From Sedimentisphaerales bacterium (GTDB taxonomy: Bacteria; Planctomycetota; Phycisphaerae; Sedimentisphaerales; SM23-30), in contig CAXXMR010000009.1 of assembly GCA_963663805.2 (NCBI GenBank), positions 256,001 to 320,000 on the forward strand: a stretch of DNA of 64,000 nucleotides. The letters run 5' to 3'. Position numbers and translations under genes: made by a program. A model generated the notes under the pieces. That model saw only the letters and a list, made by a program, of their open reading frames with translations. It did not search any database and was not told where the DNA came from. Shown here one piece after another: positions 47,762 to 56,862 of this stretch. Each line of letters begins with the position of its first letter. Position 1 is the stretch's first letter.

Positions 47762-48667
47762 ATGAATCGCGTTTCGCAAGCTGAAAAATTTCTGCTCGAC
47801 GGCATAGCTCAGGGCCGACAGGACGCCTGGGAACAGTTAGTTGGTCGTTTTCAGGGACGACTGCTGGCCTTCGCTTCTGCACGCCTGCGAAACCGTGACG
47901 ATGCCGAAGACGCGGTTCAGGAAACTTTCATCGCTTTATTAAAATCTCTCAGCGGTTTTCAAGGCCGTTCCAGCCTGGAGACCTATCTGTTCAGCATCCT
48001 TCAGCGGAAGATTATCGACCAGTATCGCCGAGCCGGTGCCGACAAACTTTGTCTGATTCAAGACCTGCAAGGCTCATCCAATAGTGACGAGCCGTCCTCG
48101 TCGGCATTCAACCGCATCGCTGCTGCCGAGCCGACCGCCAGTTGGTATGTCCGCCGCGACGAACGCCGCGAAGGATTCTACGATGCCTTGGCTGGTGCTC
48201 TGGAAGAACTGCTCAGCGACCTGAAAGAAAAGCTTAGCTTCGAAGACCTCAAAGCCGTTGAGCTGCTTTTTTACTGTCAATTGCCCAACAAACAAATCGC
48301 CGCTCTGCTGGACCGTACCGAAAATCATGTCGCGGTACTCAAGCATCGTTCCCTGGCCCGGGTGCGTGACCGGGTATCATCCAGGCATGGCGAGATTCAG
48401 CCCGGCGACCTCGAAAATCTGCTCACCGAAATCTGGGAGACCAACCGCCCCAGCTGCCCCAAACGCTCAACTATTGGCGCTTACGAACTGGGCACGCTCG
48501 AAACGCAATGGCAGAATTATGTCGATTTTCACCTCCATCAGATGGGCTGTCGTTTTTGTCGGGCCAACCTCGACGACCTGCGTACTCAAAATGCCCAGGC
48601 TGATTCAGCCCCGGCCTTCCATCAGAAAATCATGGAGTCAACCGTAGGATTCCTGACCCGCGCATAA
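47762..48667 (+). CDS. ECF sigma factor with fused C-terminal ZAS-like zinc-finger extension
   Basis: DDAEDAVQETF sigma2, sigma4 QIAALLDR; tail CPKRSTIGAYELGTL...HQMGCRFC (HxxxCxxC). Confidence 0.85.
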   Translation: MNRVSQAEKFLLDGIAQGRQDAWEQLVGRFQGRLLAFASARLRNRDDAEDAVQETFIALLKSLSGFQGRSSLETYLFSILQRKIIDQYRRAGADKLCLIQDLQGSSNSDEPSSSAFNRIAAAEPTASWYVRRDERREGFYDALAGALEELLSDLKEKLSFEDLKAVELLFYCQLPNKQIAALLDRTENHVAVLKHRSLARVRDRVSSRHGEIQPGDLENLLTEIWETNRPSCPKRSTIGAYELGTLETQWQNYVDFHLHQMGCRFCRANLDDLRTQNAQADSAPAFHQKIMESTVGFLTRA

Positions 48668-48700
48668 AAAAAAGGTCGTGAACCCTTAGATTCACGACCC
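48667..48700. terminator. Terminator between convergent ECF and RRM genes
   Basis: A-run + GGTCGTGAA-loop-TTCACGACC. Confidence 0.7.
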
Positions 48701-48721
48701 GAATGTCTTATCGGTTAGCGA

Positions 48722-49045
48722 TTAATAACGGCCACGGCCACCGCCGCCACCACCATAACCACCACGACCGCCGCCACCACCGCCACCGCCTCTGGATTCA
48801 CGAGGTTTGGCCTCGTTGACCTTCAGAGCGCGACCATCACAATCCTGACCATTCAGGTTGTCGATAGCGGCTTGGGCTTCGGCATCGCTGCTCATCTCGA
48901 CAAAGGCAAAACCTTTGCTCCGTCCGGTGTCACGATCATTGATAATCTGGGCACTTTCGACGGTGCCGTGGGCACCAAACATGCCTTCCAGATCTGCCTG
49001 TGACGTTCCGTAACTCAAATTTCCGACATATAACTTCTTACCCAT
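48722..49045 (-). CDS. RRM (RNP-1) RNA-binding protein with Gly-rich tail
   Basis: KLYVGNL (RNP2), KGFAFVEM (RNP1), GGGGRGGY tail. Confidence 0.95.
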   Translation of the reverse strand: MGKKLYVGNLSYGTSQADLEGMFGAHGTVESAQIINDRDTGRSKGFAFVEMSSDAEAQAAIDNLNGQDCDGRALKVNEAKPRESRGGGGGGGGRGGYGGGGGGRGRY

Positions 49046-49397
49046 AACAATACTCTCCTGTTATTTCGGGCGTGCGACCCTGCTTATCTTTCCGGGCCAC
49101 TGGGAAAGCGGCTGAACCTTCAGCCTCATAAAAAATTGGAAAGTGAAAGGAGAAATGCCGGTGCGGGCCAGAAAACTAACTGTCTCAAACCTTCTTAACT
49201 CGTTCAGCGAACCAAACTTTATTTTTTATATACGCGTATATAGTATCGGCAGGAAGGTCTTTTGTATACACTGATTTTGTCTTTACGAGAAAAAAACTTC
49301 GCCAAAAGTGAATTTATTCAACCTTTATGATGGCGAAAATAGATATAAATACTTGCTAATAAAATAGTTGTATCTGTGGTAATCCCGGCGTTTTTTT

Positions 49398-50471
49398 TTA
49401 TCCCGAGTCGGTAAGTTCATGCCAGATGTCCAGCATTTTTTGGCAATCCTCACGGGATTTCGGGAAAATTTCCGGCATTAAGATACATCTTGCCCCGGTT
49501 TGCCGCACCAGACCGCCCAGTCGGCGGATATAGGTCTTCCAGTCTTCTTCACCTTCGCGGGCAACTCTGCCGTAACAGACAGTTCCGGTTTTAGCGTGCA
49601 GCTCGAATCGCCAACGGGTGTCATACATTTCCGGGTTGCCCAGGTCCAGGGCGCAAACCTCGCCCATTTCACAAATCTTTTCGTGTAAGTATTCATGCCT
49701 GCCGCAATAGTGGACAAACGCCTTGCCGAAAGGCTGGGCTGAGGCTTTGATTGCCGGCAGAATGAAATCGTCAATCATTGCTGGCGAAAGCAGCGTCGCG
49801 GTATCTTCGGAAATACGCACGCCCGCTTCCGGGAAAAACACCCCCTGACCGCCCGCATGGCCGTGCCACATCCAGTTTGATTCTTCGCCAATAAGCCCTT
49901 TGAGATACTTTGACGCATCTATATAAAAACGCAAACTGATTTCCATCAGCTCGTCAATCCATTCTCGCCTTGCCGGGTCGGGCATTTCATAAAAAATGTC
50001 ATTGCCGTAGAGTAAATGGGCAATGTCGAACACGCCCTGAGTATCCGGCAGATACGCCTTGATATTGCCGCCGCTTCGTTCGGCATGTATCCGATAAAAT
50101 TCCGCGGCGAGTCTGCCGGTTTCGCTGGCCGCTATATCAGCGTTTCGGTTGGCCCGGATAGCTTCTTCGCTCATATGTTCGCCGGGCCAGGGCATTTGTC
50201 CGTCGGAGAGCTTATACCCCTGTCCGACCATCGCTGGTACAAACACCGTGCCCAGATTAGGCCGGACGGTCCCCACGCCATCCGTAGGCCAGTCCTGATA
50301 GACCTGGGCCCGTTTTATTTCCGCTTCCCACATCTTCTCAGGGTTATGAAAACGCTCGACATAACCGTCAGTATCGTACTGCTCCAGTTTGTCAGCCCGA
50401 ATCAGGATAAGACTCGGCCCTTTGCCTGCCCAAAATGCTTCAAATTGTCGTTTTTTTTCGTCAAAACTCAC
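49398..50471 (-). CDS. URO-D/methyltransferase-fold hypothetical protein
   Basis: PDTQGVFDIAHLLYG, ISEDTATLLSP, FVHYCG; GTG start. Confidence 0.65.
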   Translation of the reverse strand: MSFDEKKRQFEAFWAGKGPSLILIRADKLEQYDTDGYVERFHNPEKMWEAEIKRAQVYQDWPTDGVGTVRPNLGTVFVPAMVGQGYKLSDGQMPWPGEHMSEEAIRANRNADIAASETGRLAAEFYRIHAERSGGNIKAYLPDTQGVFDIAHLLYGNDIFYEMPDPARREWIDELMEISLRFYIDASKYLKGLIGEESNWMWHGHAGGQGVFFPEAGVRISEDTATLLSPAMIDDFILPAIKASAQPFGKAFVHYCGRHEYLHEKICEMGEVCALDLGNPEMYDTRWRFELHAKTGTVCYGRVAREGEEDWKTYIRRLGGLVRQTGARCILMPEIFPKSREDCQKMLDIWHELTDSG

Positions 50472-50515
50472 AAAAAATCTCCAAAAATCCGAAAAAACAG
50501 TTTCTTTTTCATAAA

Positions 50516-50529
50516 TGTAATCGTTTGCA
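50516..50529. promoter_or_regulatory. LacI/cre-type operator
   Basis: TGTAATCGTTTGCA pseudo-palindrome upstream of 50471 gene. Confidence 0.55.
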
Positions 50530-50598
50530 AAACGGAAAACAAGCCCTCTTTGCGAAAAAAAACCAATAAACCAAGAGTTTCAGGGCCGAATACACAGC

Positions 50599-51984
50599 TT
50601 ACTGGGCGAATACGATTTTCTGTATTTCACCGACATCTATGTTACGGGGCTGGAGATTATTTTTGGCGGCCAAGGCGGCGGCGGTTCCAGCGGCGATTCC
50701 TGTGGCTAATGCGATTACCTGGACGCGGTATGAGGCCATTGCCTGGTGGGTTCCGCTGATGCATCTTCCGGCGGTTATCAGGCCATCGATCTTTTGGGGG
50801 ACGAGGCAGCCGTAGGGGATGTCGTAGGGTTTGACTTTGGGGTCGGTGCCGAGTGCGGTGCCGTGGGCCTGGCCGATGCCGGAGGGATTGTGGATATCTA
50901 CCGGAAATGACGCATCGCGTACTACAGCGTTGTCCCATTTGCGGCCTTTGAGAAGGTCTTCGACCTCAAGATGCTCGGTGCCGCGGATTCTTCTGGTTTC
51001 GCGTACTCCTATTACGGCGGGCATTGCCGAGACATAAGCATTCTGGAATCCGGGTGCGGTCTTTTTCAGGAAATCCATTACCGGCTGGACCTGGCGTCGG
51101 CATTCGAGTTCGGCTTTGGTGAGGTCTTTGGGGTTCAGTCCACTCAGGGCGTTGATTTGGGTGGCGTTGATGATTCGTTCGTCGTCACGGCGTGAGGTGT
51201 AGGTTCTGACAAAGCCGACGGTGGGGGGGAGTTGGCCTTTATCGTGGGCTTGTTGGGTTACCTCGTTCCAGGAGCGGCCGTCGGGGAAACGGTATTTTCT
51301 TCTGCCGCCGTTGGCTTCCATGGTTTCCGAATGGTTCACGCCCGCGACGCGGAACATGATGGTCATGGGCTGACAGAGACCGTCGGCTTCCCATGATGGC
51401 CCTGCGCCTCTGCCCTGATCGAATTCGGCACCGGCAGCAAAAGCTATATCACCGTCGCCGGTAGCATCAACGGTTACTTTTGCCTTGAGATCGACCAGTC
51501 CCTGTTTGGTAAGCAGTTTAACGCCGGTGACGCGATTGTTAGGGCAGATGGTCTGAGCGACCGGTGCATGCAGGAGGATGTTAGCGCCGGCATCTTCGAG
51601 CAGCTCGGCGTATCTAAGGTCTATAAACTCAAAGTCTACATGTCTGCCGCCCAGGTGTTTGAGGATTTTATCGACCTGGGAGCTTTTTACTTTGCCCATG
51701 AGTGGTCCGACAATCGCCTGCACGGCCATTCCGCCCAGTCGTCCGTATCGTTCGACCAGCAGGGTCTTCTGTCCTTGCCGGGCAGCCATCATTGCCGCGG
51801 CAATCCCTGCCGGGCCTCCGCCGCAGACCAGGACATCTACAGGTGTAAGTGCCTGTGGATCGCTGTGATTTACTATGGGGGCTTCTGTTGCCCAACTCTT
51901 ACCACCCCCCAATCCAGCCGCTGAGGTCAGGGCCAGTGTTTTTAGAATGTCTCTGCGACTTAACTGGTTGTTTTTGAAAGACAT
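50599..51984 (-). CDS. Tat-exported FAD-dependent oxidoreductase
   Basis: SRRDILK twin-arginine signal from ATG 51984; DVLVCGGGPAG, DATGDGD, GVRETRRI, YDIPYGCLVP, AGRCIS. Confidence 0.88.
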   Translation of the reverse strand: MSFKNNQLSRRDILKTLALTSAAGLGGGKSWATEAPIVNHSDPQALTPVDVLVCGGGPAGIAAAMMAARQGQKTLLVERYGRLGGMAVQAIVGPLMGKVKSSQVDKILKHLGGRHVDFEFIDLRYAELLEDAGANILLHAPVAQTICPNNRVTGVKLLTKQGLVDLKAKVTVDATGDGDIAFAAGAEFDQGRGAGPSWEADGLCQPMTIMFRVAGVNHSETMEANGGRRKYRFPDGRSWNEVTQQAHDKGQLPPTVGFVRTYTSRRDDERIINATQINALSGLNPKDLTKAELECRRQVQPVMDFLKKTAPGFQNAYVSAMPAVIGVRETRRIRGTEHLEVEDLLKGRKWDNAVVRDASFPVDIHNPSGIGQAHGTALGTDPKVKPYDIPYGCLVPQKIDGLITAGRCISGTHQAMASYRVQVIALATGIAAGTAAALAAKNNLQPRNIDVGEIQKIVFAQ

Positions 51985-52072
51985 ACAATATCCTTGCCAA
52001 GATTTGCCGTTGCTAATTTCACTATCCGTGAATATTATCATATAAAGGATTTTAGCAAATTTCAAGAGATAT

Positions 52073-52086
52073 TGCAAACGTTTACA
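52073..52086. promoter_or_regulatory. LacI/cre-type operator
   Basis: TGCAAACGTTTACA between divergent oxidoreductase and MFS genes. Confidence 0.6.
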
Positions 52087-52149
52087 GTGTTTCAGGGGTG
52101 AGTGTTCGTGGAGTGTGTGACAATATTTTTCTAGTAGTGATGGTATTCG

Positions 52150-52183
52150 TATCCGGCCGCTTATGCGGCTCAGCTTTTGTTGG
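52150..52183 (-). repeat. REP-like palindromic repeat copy 2
   Basis: Reverse complement CCAACAAAAGCTGAGCCGCATAAGCGGCCGGATA. Confidence 0.7.
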
Positions 52184-52293
52184 TGGGGGGGCTTACTGAT
52201 ACCGGAAAAGAGATTTGCCCCCTTTTCGTTATCCTGAGATTTAGCTGTTGATATTCACTTTTTGGGGCGTACAATCATGTTTTTTGTGCTTTG

Positions 52294-53625
52294 ATGAGTA
52301 AATTGATTATGGACAGCGTGCCGCGAATGACCAGGCCCGACCGACGCCGGAGTATTTCCTGCATCTTTATTCTCGCTATGCTGGGTGTGGTTGCGAACAT
52401 CCTGCTCTCGCCGACGGTTATATCATTATTAGCGATTAAACTGGGGGCGGGCGAGGTGTATCTGGGGCTGATAAGCTTTGTGACGTTGATGCCGTTTATA
52501 TTCAGTCTGCGGATGCTGCCGATTATGGAATTTCAGGGCAAGCGCCGGATTCTGCTGCGCTGGTCGATTATGTCCTGCCTGATGACGCTGCCTTGGCTGA
52601 TAATTCCCGCGCTGGCGAAAAGCGGGGCGGTGACGCTTTGTCTGACGCTGATATTAATATCGATTTTCTTCCGCGCGACCAGTGAATCGTTCATGTTTTC
52701 GGCGTGGTTTCCGATTATTCAGGATATTGTGCCGCGCAGGTTAACGGGGCGTTTTTTTGGTAGTCTCAGGACATCATGGCAGGCGGTGGCGCTGGGGTTG
52801 CTGCTTTTTGTGGCGGGGTTTATGGGTAAAGATCCGCCCTGGTGGAAATTTAATCTTATTTTCGCGGTGGTTTCGGTCGCTTTGCTGATAAGAATCAGGT
52901 TTTTTATACCTTTGAGCGAAAATCCGCCCTTAAAGAGCTATCACGAGAGGTCGAAGCTGGGCGAGATTCTCAAAGAATTCTTCAAAAGCCCCAACGAGCT
53001 TAAAATTCTGGCTTATGTGCTCAGCTATGCCGCTGCTTTTGGGATGTCGGTTCCTTTTCAGGTGAAGCTGCTGAAAAACCTTGGCTATGGCGATGGGGTC
53101 ATTCTGGCAGCTTCAGCGATGATAAACGCCGGGGCGATAATCTCGTTGAGGTTCTGGGGCAGGCTGGCGGACAGGGTGGGTAATCGGATTATTTTTTCGG
53201 TTTCGCATATCGGGATGATTGTGATAACCGCTCTGTGGATAGTAATTCAGCATGACACCTTTAGCAGTGTTCTGGTTTTCATCCTGTTTTTCGTCAACAG
53301 CATATTCAACAGCGGTAACGGTATTGCTCAGACCAGGTATCTCATGCACACTATTCCGGCAGATAGGCAAAATCACCTGGTAATTGTCAATACCGCAATG
53401 ATCGCGATGTGGGGTTTTTCGCCGTTGCTGGCGGGTTTTTTCCTGAAGGCGACCAGCGGTCTGAATTTTGGTGTTTGCGGCCAAATATTTGACAACTATG
53501 ACCTGTTGTTCGCGATTAACGCGGGGCTTTTTATAATACCGCATGTTCTGAGGCGTCATCTCAGAGCGGCCAAAGATATGCCTACTTTCCAGGCCCTGAT
53601 ATTGATATTCCGGTCACGGCAGTGA
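52294..53625 (+). CDS. MFS transporter
   Basis: About 12 hydrophobic helices, WGRLADRVGNR motif. Confidence 0.87.
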   Translation: MSKLIMDSVPRMTRPDRRRSISCIFILAMLGVVANILLSPTVISLLAIKLGAGEVYLGLISFVTLMPFIFSLRMLPIMEFQGKRRILLRWSIMSCLMTLPWLIIPALAKSGAVTLCLTLILISIFFRATSESFMFSAWFPIIQDIVPRRLTGRFFGSLRTSWQAVALGLLLFVAGFMGKDPPWWKFNLIFAVVSVALLIRIRFFIPLSENPPLKSYHERSKLGEILKEFFKSPNELKILAYVLSYAAAFGMSVPFQVKLLKNLGYGDGVILAASAMINAGAIISLRFWGRLADRVGNRIIFSVSHIGMIVITALWIVIQHDTFSSVLVFILFFVNSIFNSGNGIAQTRYLMHTIPADRQNHLVIVNTAMIAMWGFSPLLAGFFLKATSGLNFGVCGQIFDNYDLLFAINAGLFIIPHVLRRHLRAAKDMPTFQALILIFRSRQ

Positions 53626-53627
53626 GC

Positions 53628-54212
53628 TTATTTGCGTCGATGGCAGATTGTTGCCAGGGTTATTGAAGCGTGGCCGAAAATTTCGAGGGTTTCTTCCAGG
53701 GGCATTTTCCAGGTTGGTTTGCCGATGAGGAATCCCCACCAGCCCTGGTCGAGTGACTGGGAGAGGAAGTAGAAAGTGAAGGCCAGGGCAATGAATGTCA
53801 TGCTTGTCCGGCCAGAAAAGTCTGCCTGCCATTTATCCTGTTTCCAGCCGGCCAGGGCGATAAGGATGACTAATCCGACGTAAACACCGGCTGATGTGCC
53901 AGCGAAGTGCCATTCCCGGCAGAGAAAGACTGCGGCTAATCCCAGCATCCAGCCCCAGAACGGATTTCTGGTGATAATCAGACGAATCAGGGCAACTATA
54001 GTGCCGATGGGCAGTACGATATACTGGGCTGTGAATTCCAGAAAATCTTTTTTGGGCGGGGTGATTGCTTTGGCGTATAGCAGAGCGATTAAAACAGCGA
54101 CGACGACAGGTATAATCAGGCTGGGAAGGTATATTGCTTTAAGAATAATATCAAAATTTATTAGTTTTTTATTACAATCGCGTGAGGCGGTTGGGCCTTT
54201 TGTGTCAGTCAT
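53628..54212 (-). CDS. Hypothetical multi-pass membrane protein
   Basis: About 6 hydrophobic segments, LCREWHFAGT and EETLE motifs. Confidence 0.65.
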   Translation of the reverse strand: MTDTKGPTASRDCNKKLINFDIILKAIYLPSLIIPVVVAVLIALLYAKAITPPKKDFLEFTAQYIVLPIGTIVALIRLIITRNPFWGWMLGLAAVFLCREWHFAGTSAGVYVGLVILIALAGWKQDKWQADFSGRTSMTFIALAFTFYFLSQSLDQGWWGFLIGKPTWKMPLEETLEIFGHASITLATICHRRK

Positions 54213-54538
54213 GCTTTATCCCTTGTACTCAAAACACTTTATGTGAAATTGACGGAAACGATTACGCGTTTATAAATAGCCTTTTTGAGCTTGTACGGCA
54301 AATGAAATATTATGGATAGTTGAGGAGTAGCGAGATTTTGGGCGTGCCATAATTCTGAATACTTGACTTTTCTGGTCCTTTCGACCACACTGTGTCGTGA
54401 AATTTCCCGGAAAAAGGTATTTTCCGGCTCCCAAGCCCGGCGCGATTATTTATGGGACTTTCCGGCGTGGATAAATCGTTCCGCAGGCGTGATTGGGTAT
54501 AATTCTATATGAAAAATATAAAAAAAAGGCCCCCGGCG

Positions 54539-54566
54539 GGAACCGACCCGCTGTTAAAGCGTCAAA
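54539..54566 (+). promoter_or_regulatory. SigmaE-like ECF promoter
   Basis: GGAACCG-N16-TCAAA, 8 nt before ATG 54575. Confidence 0.65.
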
Positions 54567-54574
54567 ATGAGGGT

Positions 54575-55171
54575 ATGCAGGATATTGAAGACCCGCTGAC
54601 GCCCACTGACAGTACGCTTATCAAGCAGTGTCGTCAGGGTAATACCGGTGCCTTTGCTCAATTGATAGGCCGGTATCAGGGTCGGCTCTTTAATGCTCTG
54701 CTGCGGATGGTCGGCAATTATGACGATGCTCAGGAACTTAGCCAGGAGACGTTTTTTCGGGCCTTGAGGAGCTTGAAAGGATTTAAAGAGAAGTCGTGTT
54801 TTTATACCTGGCTGTTTCGGATAGGGATGAACCTGGCGATAAACCATCACCGTCGGGGCAGTAAGGTTCATTTTACGTCGCTGCAGGCGAGCGAGGATGA
54901 TTTTGGCCGGCAGGCTGACGGTTTGCGGGCCTTGCCGGACCATCGGAACGCGGCACCTGACGAGCAGGCTGAGCTTAACGAACAGTATTACAATGCCTGT
55001 AAGGCTTTGGTGGGCCTTGACCCGCAATCTCGTGCCGTGGTGGTGCTGCGTGATATAGAGCAACTTGATTATGCAACCATCGGCAGGGTGCTGGAAGTGC
55101 CGCCGGGCACGGTCAAGAGCCGGTTGTCGCGGGCGAGAATGGCTTTGCGAAAAGTTCTGGCGGAAAAGTAA
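54575..55171 (+). CDS. ECF sigma factor (RpoE/SigW-like)
   Basis: DAQELSQETF, FYTWLFRI, GTVKSRLSRAR; start likely 54575 rather than 54509. Confidence 0.9.
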   Translation: MQDIEDPLTPTDSTLIKQCRQGNTGAFAQLIGRYQGRLFNALLRMVGNYDDAQELSQETFFRALRSLKGFKEKSCFYTWLFRIGMNLAINHHRRGSKVHFTSLQASEDDFGRQADGLRALPDHRNAAPDEQAELNEQYYNACKALVGLDPQSRAVVVLRDIEQLDYATIGRVLEVPPGTVKSRLSRARMALRKVLAEK

Positions 55172-55194
55172 CAGATTTAGCGGAAAAGTTTGAC

Positions 55195-56622
55195 ATGGCG
55201 GAAAAAGAACCCAAACTGGTTCTCGTCGAGATGATAAGTGCTTATCTTGACGATGAGCTGACTTCAGGTCAGGTCCAGAAGCTGGAAAAGCGGCTGGCCG
55301 TGGACCCGTCTGCCCGCCGACTTCTGGCGGAGCTGCGTCAAAACGCTGAATTACTCCGGGCTATGCCCGTTGCCAAGCCGGGTGCGGACCTTACCGACAA
55401 TGTTCTCAATGAAATCGAGCGGGATATTCTGCTGGATCCGGGGCAGGCCCTTGCCGAGCTGGCTGGCCGTAAACATCTGCGTCTGAGGCGTTTTGTGGCT
55501 GCTGCCGCGATTATTATGCTGACATTTCTGGTTGGCTCTGCCATTTATACTGTTTTGGACAGGCCTCAGTTGACCGATTTGGTGGCCAAGGATTCGGGCA
55601 GAAATGTCCCTCTGAAGAAACAAGCTGCCTCGGCGGGAGCTGCCGAGATGAAATCCGCCGATGTCGGTGTCGCGGCTGTTCGGGCGGAAAATCTTCGGGT
55701 GGGAAAGCCGCGTTCTCTGCCGGTTCCGGCTCCTTTGCCTTCTATCGAATCCGCTCAGCCGCGCCTTAGCAAAGTGAATATGATTATCAGGACAGATGAG
55801 CCTGACAGCGTTGTCGCGCGGGTTGCCCGGATATTCGCTGATGCTGACCAGCCGGTTATCCGCAAAAATATTGGCTGGTCGAGCTGCCAGTTCACCGTGG
55901 TTTTGCCTATGGCTCAGGCTCGCGTCCTTTTTGAAGATATTACTGACCGCTACGAAAAGCAAATTGAACTGGATGTGGCTGATTTTGGCGAATCGGCTGA
56001 TAGTCGTCTGGTGGTTGATAATGCCAGTTTGGAGCAAATATCGCTTTTGGCTGAAGAAGTGTCACCCGCCCGGCAGTTGTTGTTGGCAGAGGCTTTTCCC
56101 ACGGCCCGGCGGATAAACCCTGAACCTGTTGCTCAGGACGTAAAGGATGATTTTGAGCCGGATAACTACCCGAATTTTTCGACTTCGGCGTCGGACCTTT
56201 TTGAAACTTTTGCCTATGACATCAGTTCTCCGGCGGTTCCCGAAAAGGCTGAACGTTCCAGAATGTTTGCCGCTAATGGTTCGTCGGGTTTGTCGCGTCG
56301 GTCTTATGTCGGGTCCGGTACGTATAAGGAGCGGGCCAGCAGAGTTCTTAATGGCCAGGTTGACGTGCCGGAGGCTGATTCCGGGGAGCCTTTGGAACCG
56401 AAAACGCTGTCTGAGGATGTTGGGGCGTTTTCTGATTTTTCGGATGGTGACAGCCAGGAAGCGGAGTTGGAACGCGTAAGGGAAAGTAATTTGGGTCCAG
56501 CTCAGTTTGTGGCTATTATTTTGACGGTTAAGGATTCCAGGGTGGAATCAGACATTTTCTTTCCGGAAAACCCCGATTCTGCAACTTCAGTGGAGCCTCT
56601 GGTGATAATGCCGGAATTTTAG
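55195..56622 (+). CDS. Membrane-anchored anti-sigma factor
   Basis: ISAYLDDELT anti-sigma domain, single TM (AAAAIIMLTFLVG), directly after ECF. Confidence 0.78.
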   Translation: MAEKEPKLVLVEMISAYLDDELTSGQVQKLEKRLAVDPSARRLLAELRQNAELLRAMPVAKPGADLTDNVLNEIERDILLDPGQALAELAGRKHLRLRRFVAAAAIIMLTFLVGSAIYTVLDRPQLTDLVAKDSGRNVPLKKQAASAGAAEMKSADVGVAAVRAENLRVGKPRSLPVPAPLPSIESAQPRLSKVNMIIRTDEPDSVVARVARIFADADQPVIRKNIGWSSCQFTVVLPMAQARVLFEDITDRYEKQIELDVADFGESADSRLVVDNASLEQISLLAEEVSPARQLLLAEAFPTARRINPEPVAQDVKDDFEPDNYPNFSTSASDLFETFAYDISSPAVPEKAERSRMFAANGSSGLSRRSYVGSGTYKERASRVLNGQVDVPEADSGEPLEPKTLSEDVGAFSDFSDGDSQEAELERVRESNLGPAQFVAIILTVKDSRVESDIFFPENPDSATSVEPLVIMPEF

Positions 56623-56862
56623 GGTGTCTGAGGGGGTCGCGGATGCGACTTTCGGAGCCGTTTTTCGGTGTTTTTTGGGGCATTGTAAGATTGTTTTTGA
56701 ATGGTTCGCTGCGGGAGCTAAGGGATCGCCAGGAACAATTGTCGCACACTGGGGGCTTGGGGGGATTAATATTTTTATTGAACCTGTTGTTCAAAGTAGT
56801 TACATTTGGTTGTCAGCCTTCCGGGCTGGGTTTATCAGAGTTAATAAAGAGGTTTTCTGGTG

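Noticed and set aside
48725..48792. CCGCCA/CCACCG tandem repeats
   Set aside because: Simply encode the Gly-rich tail of the RRM protein
49046..49240. Several small hairpins in the long leader of the RRM gene (possible thermosensor or ncRNA)
   Set aside because: No recognisable family motif; needs a covariance-model search or folding to support
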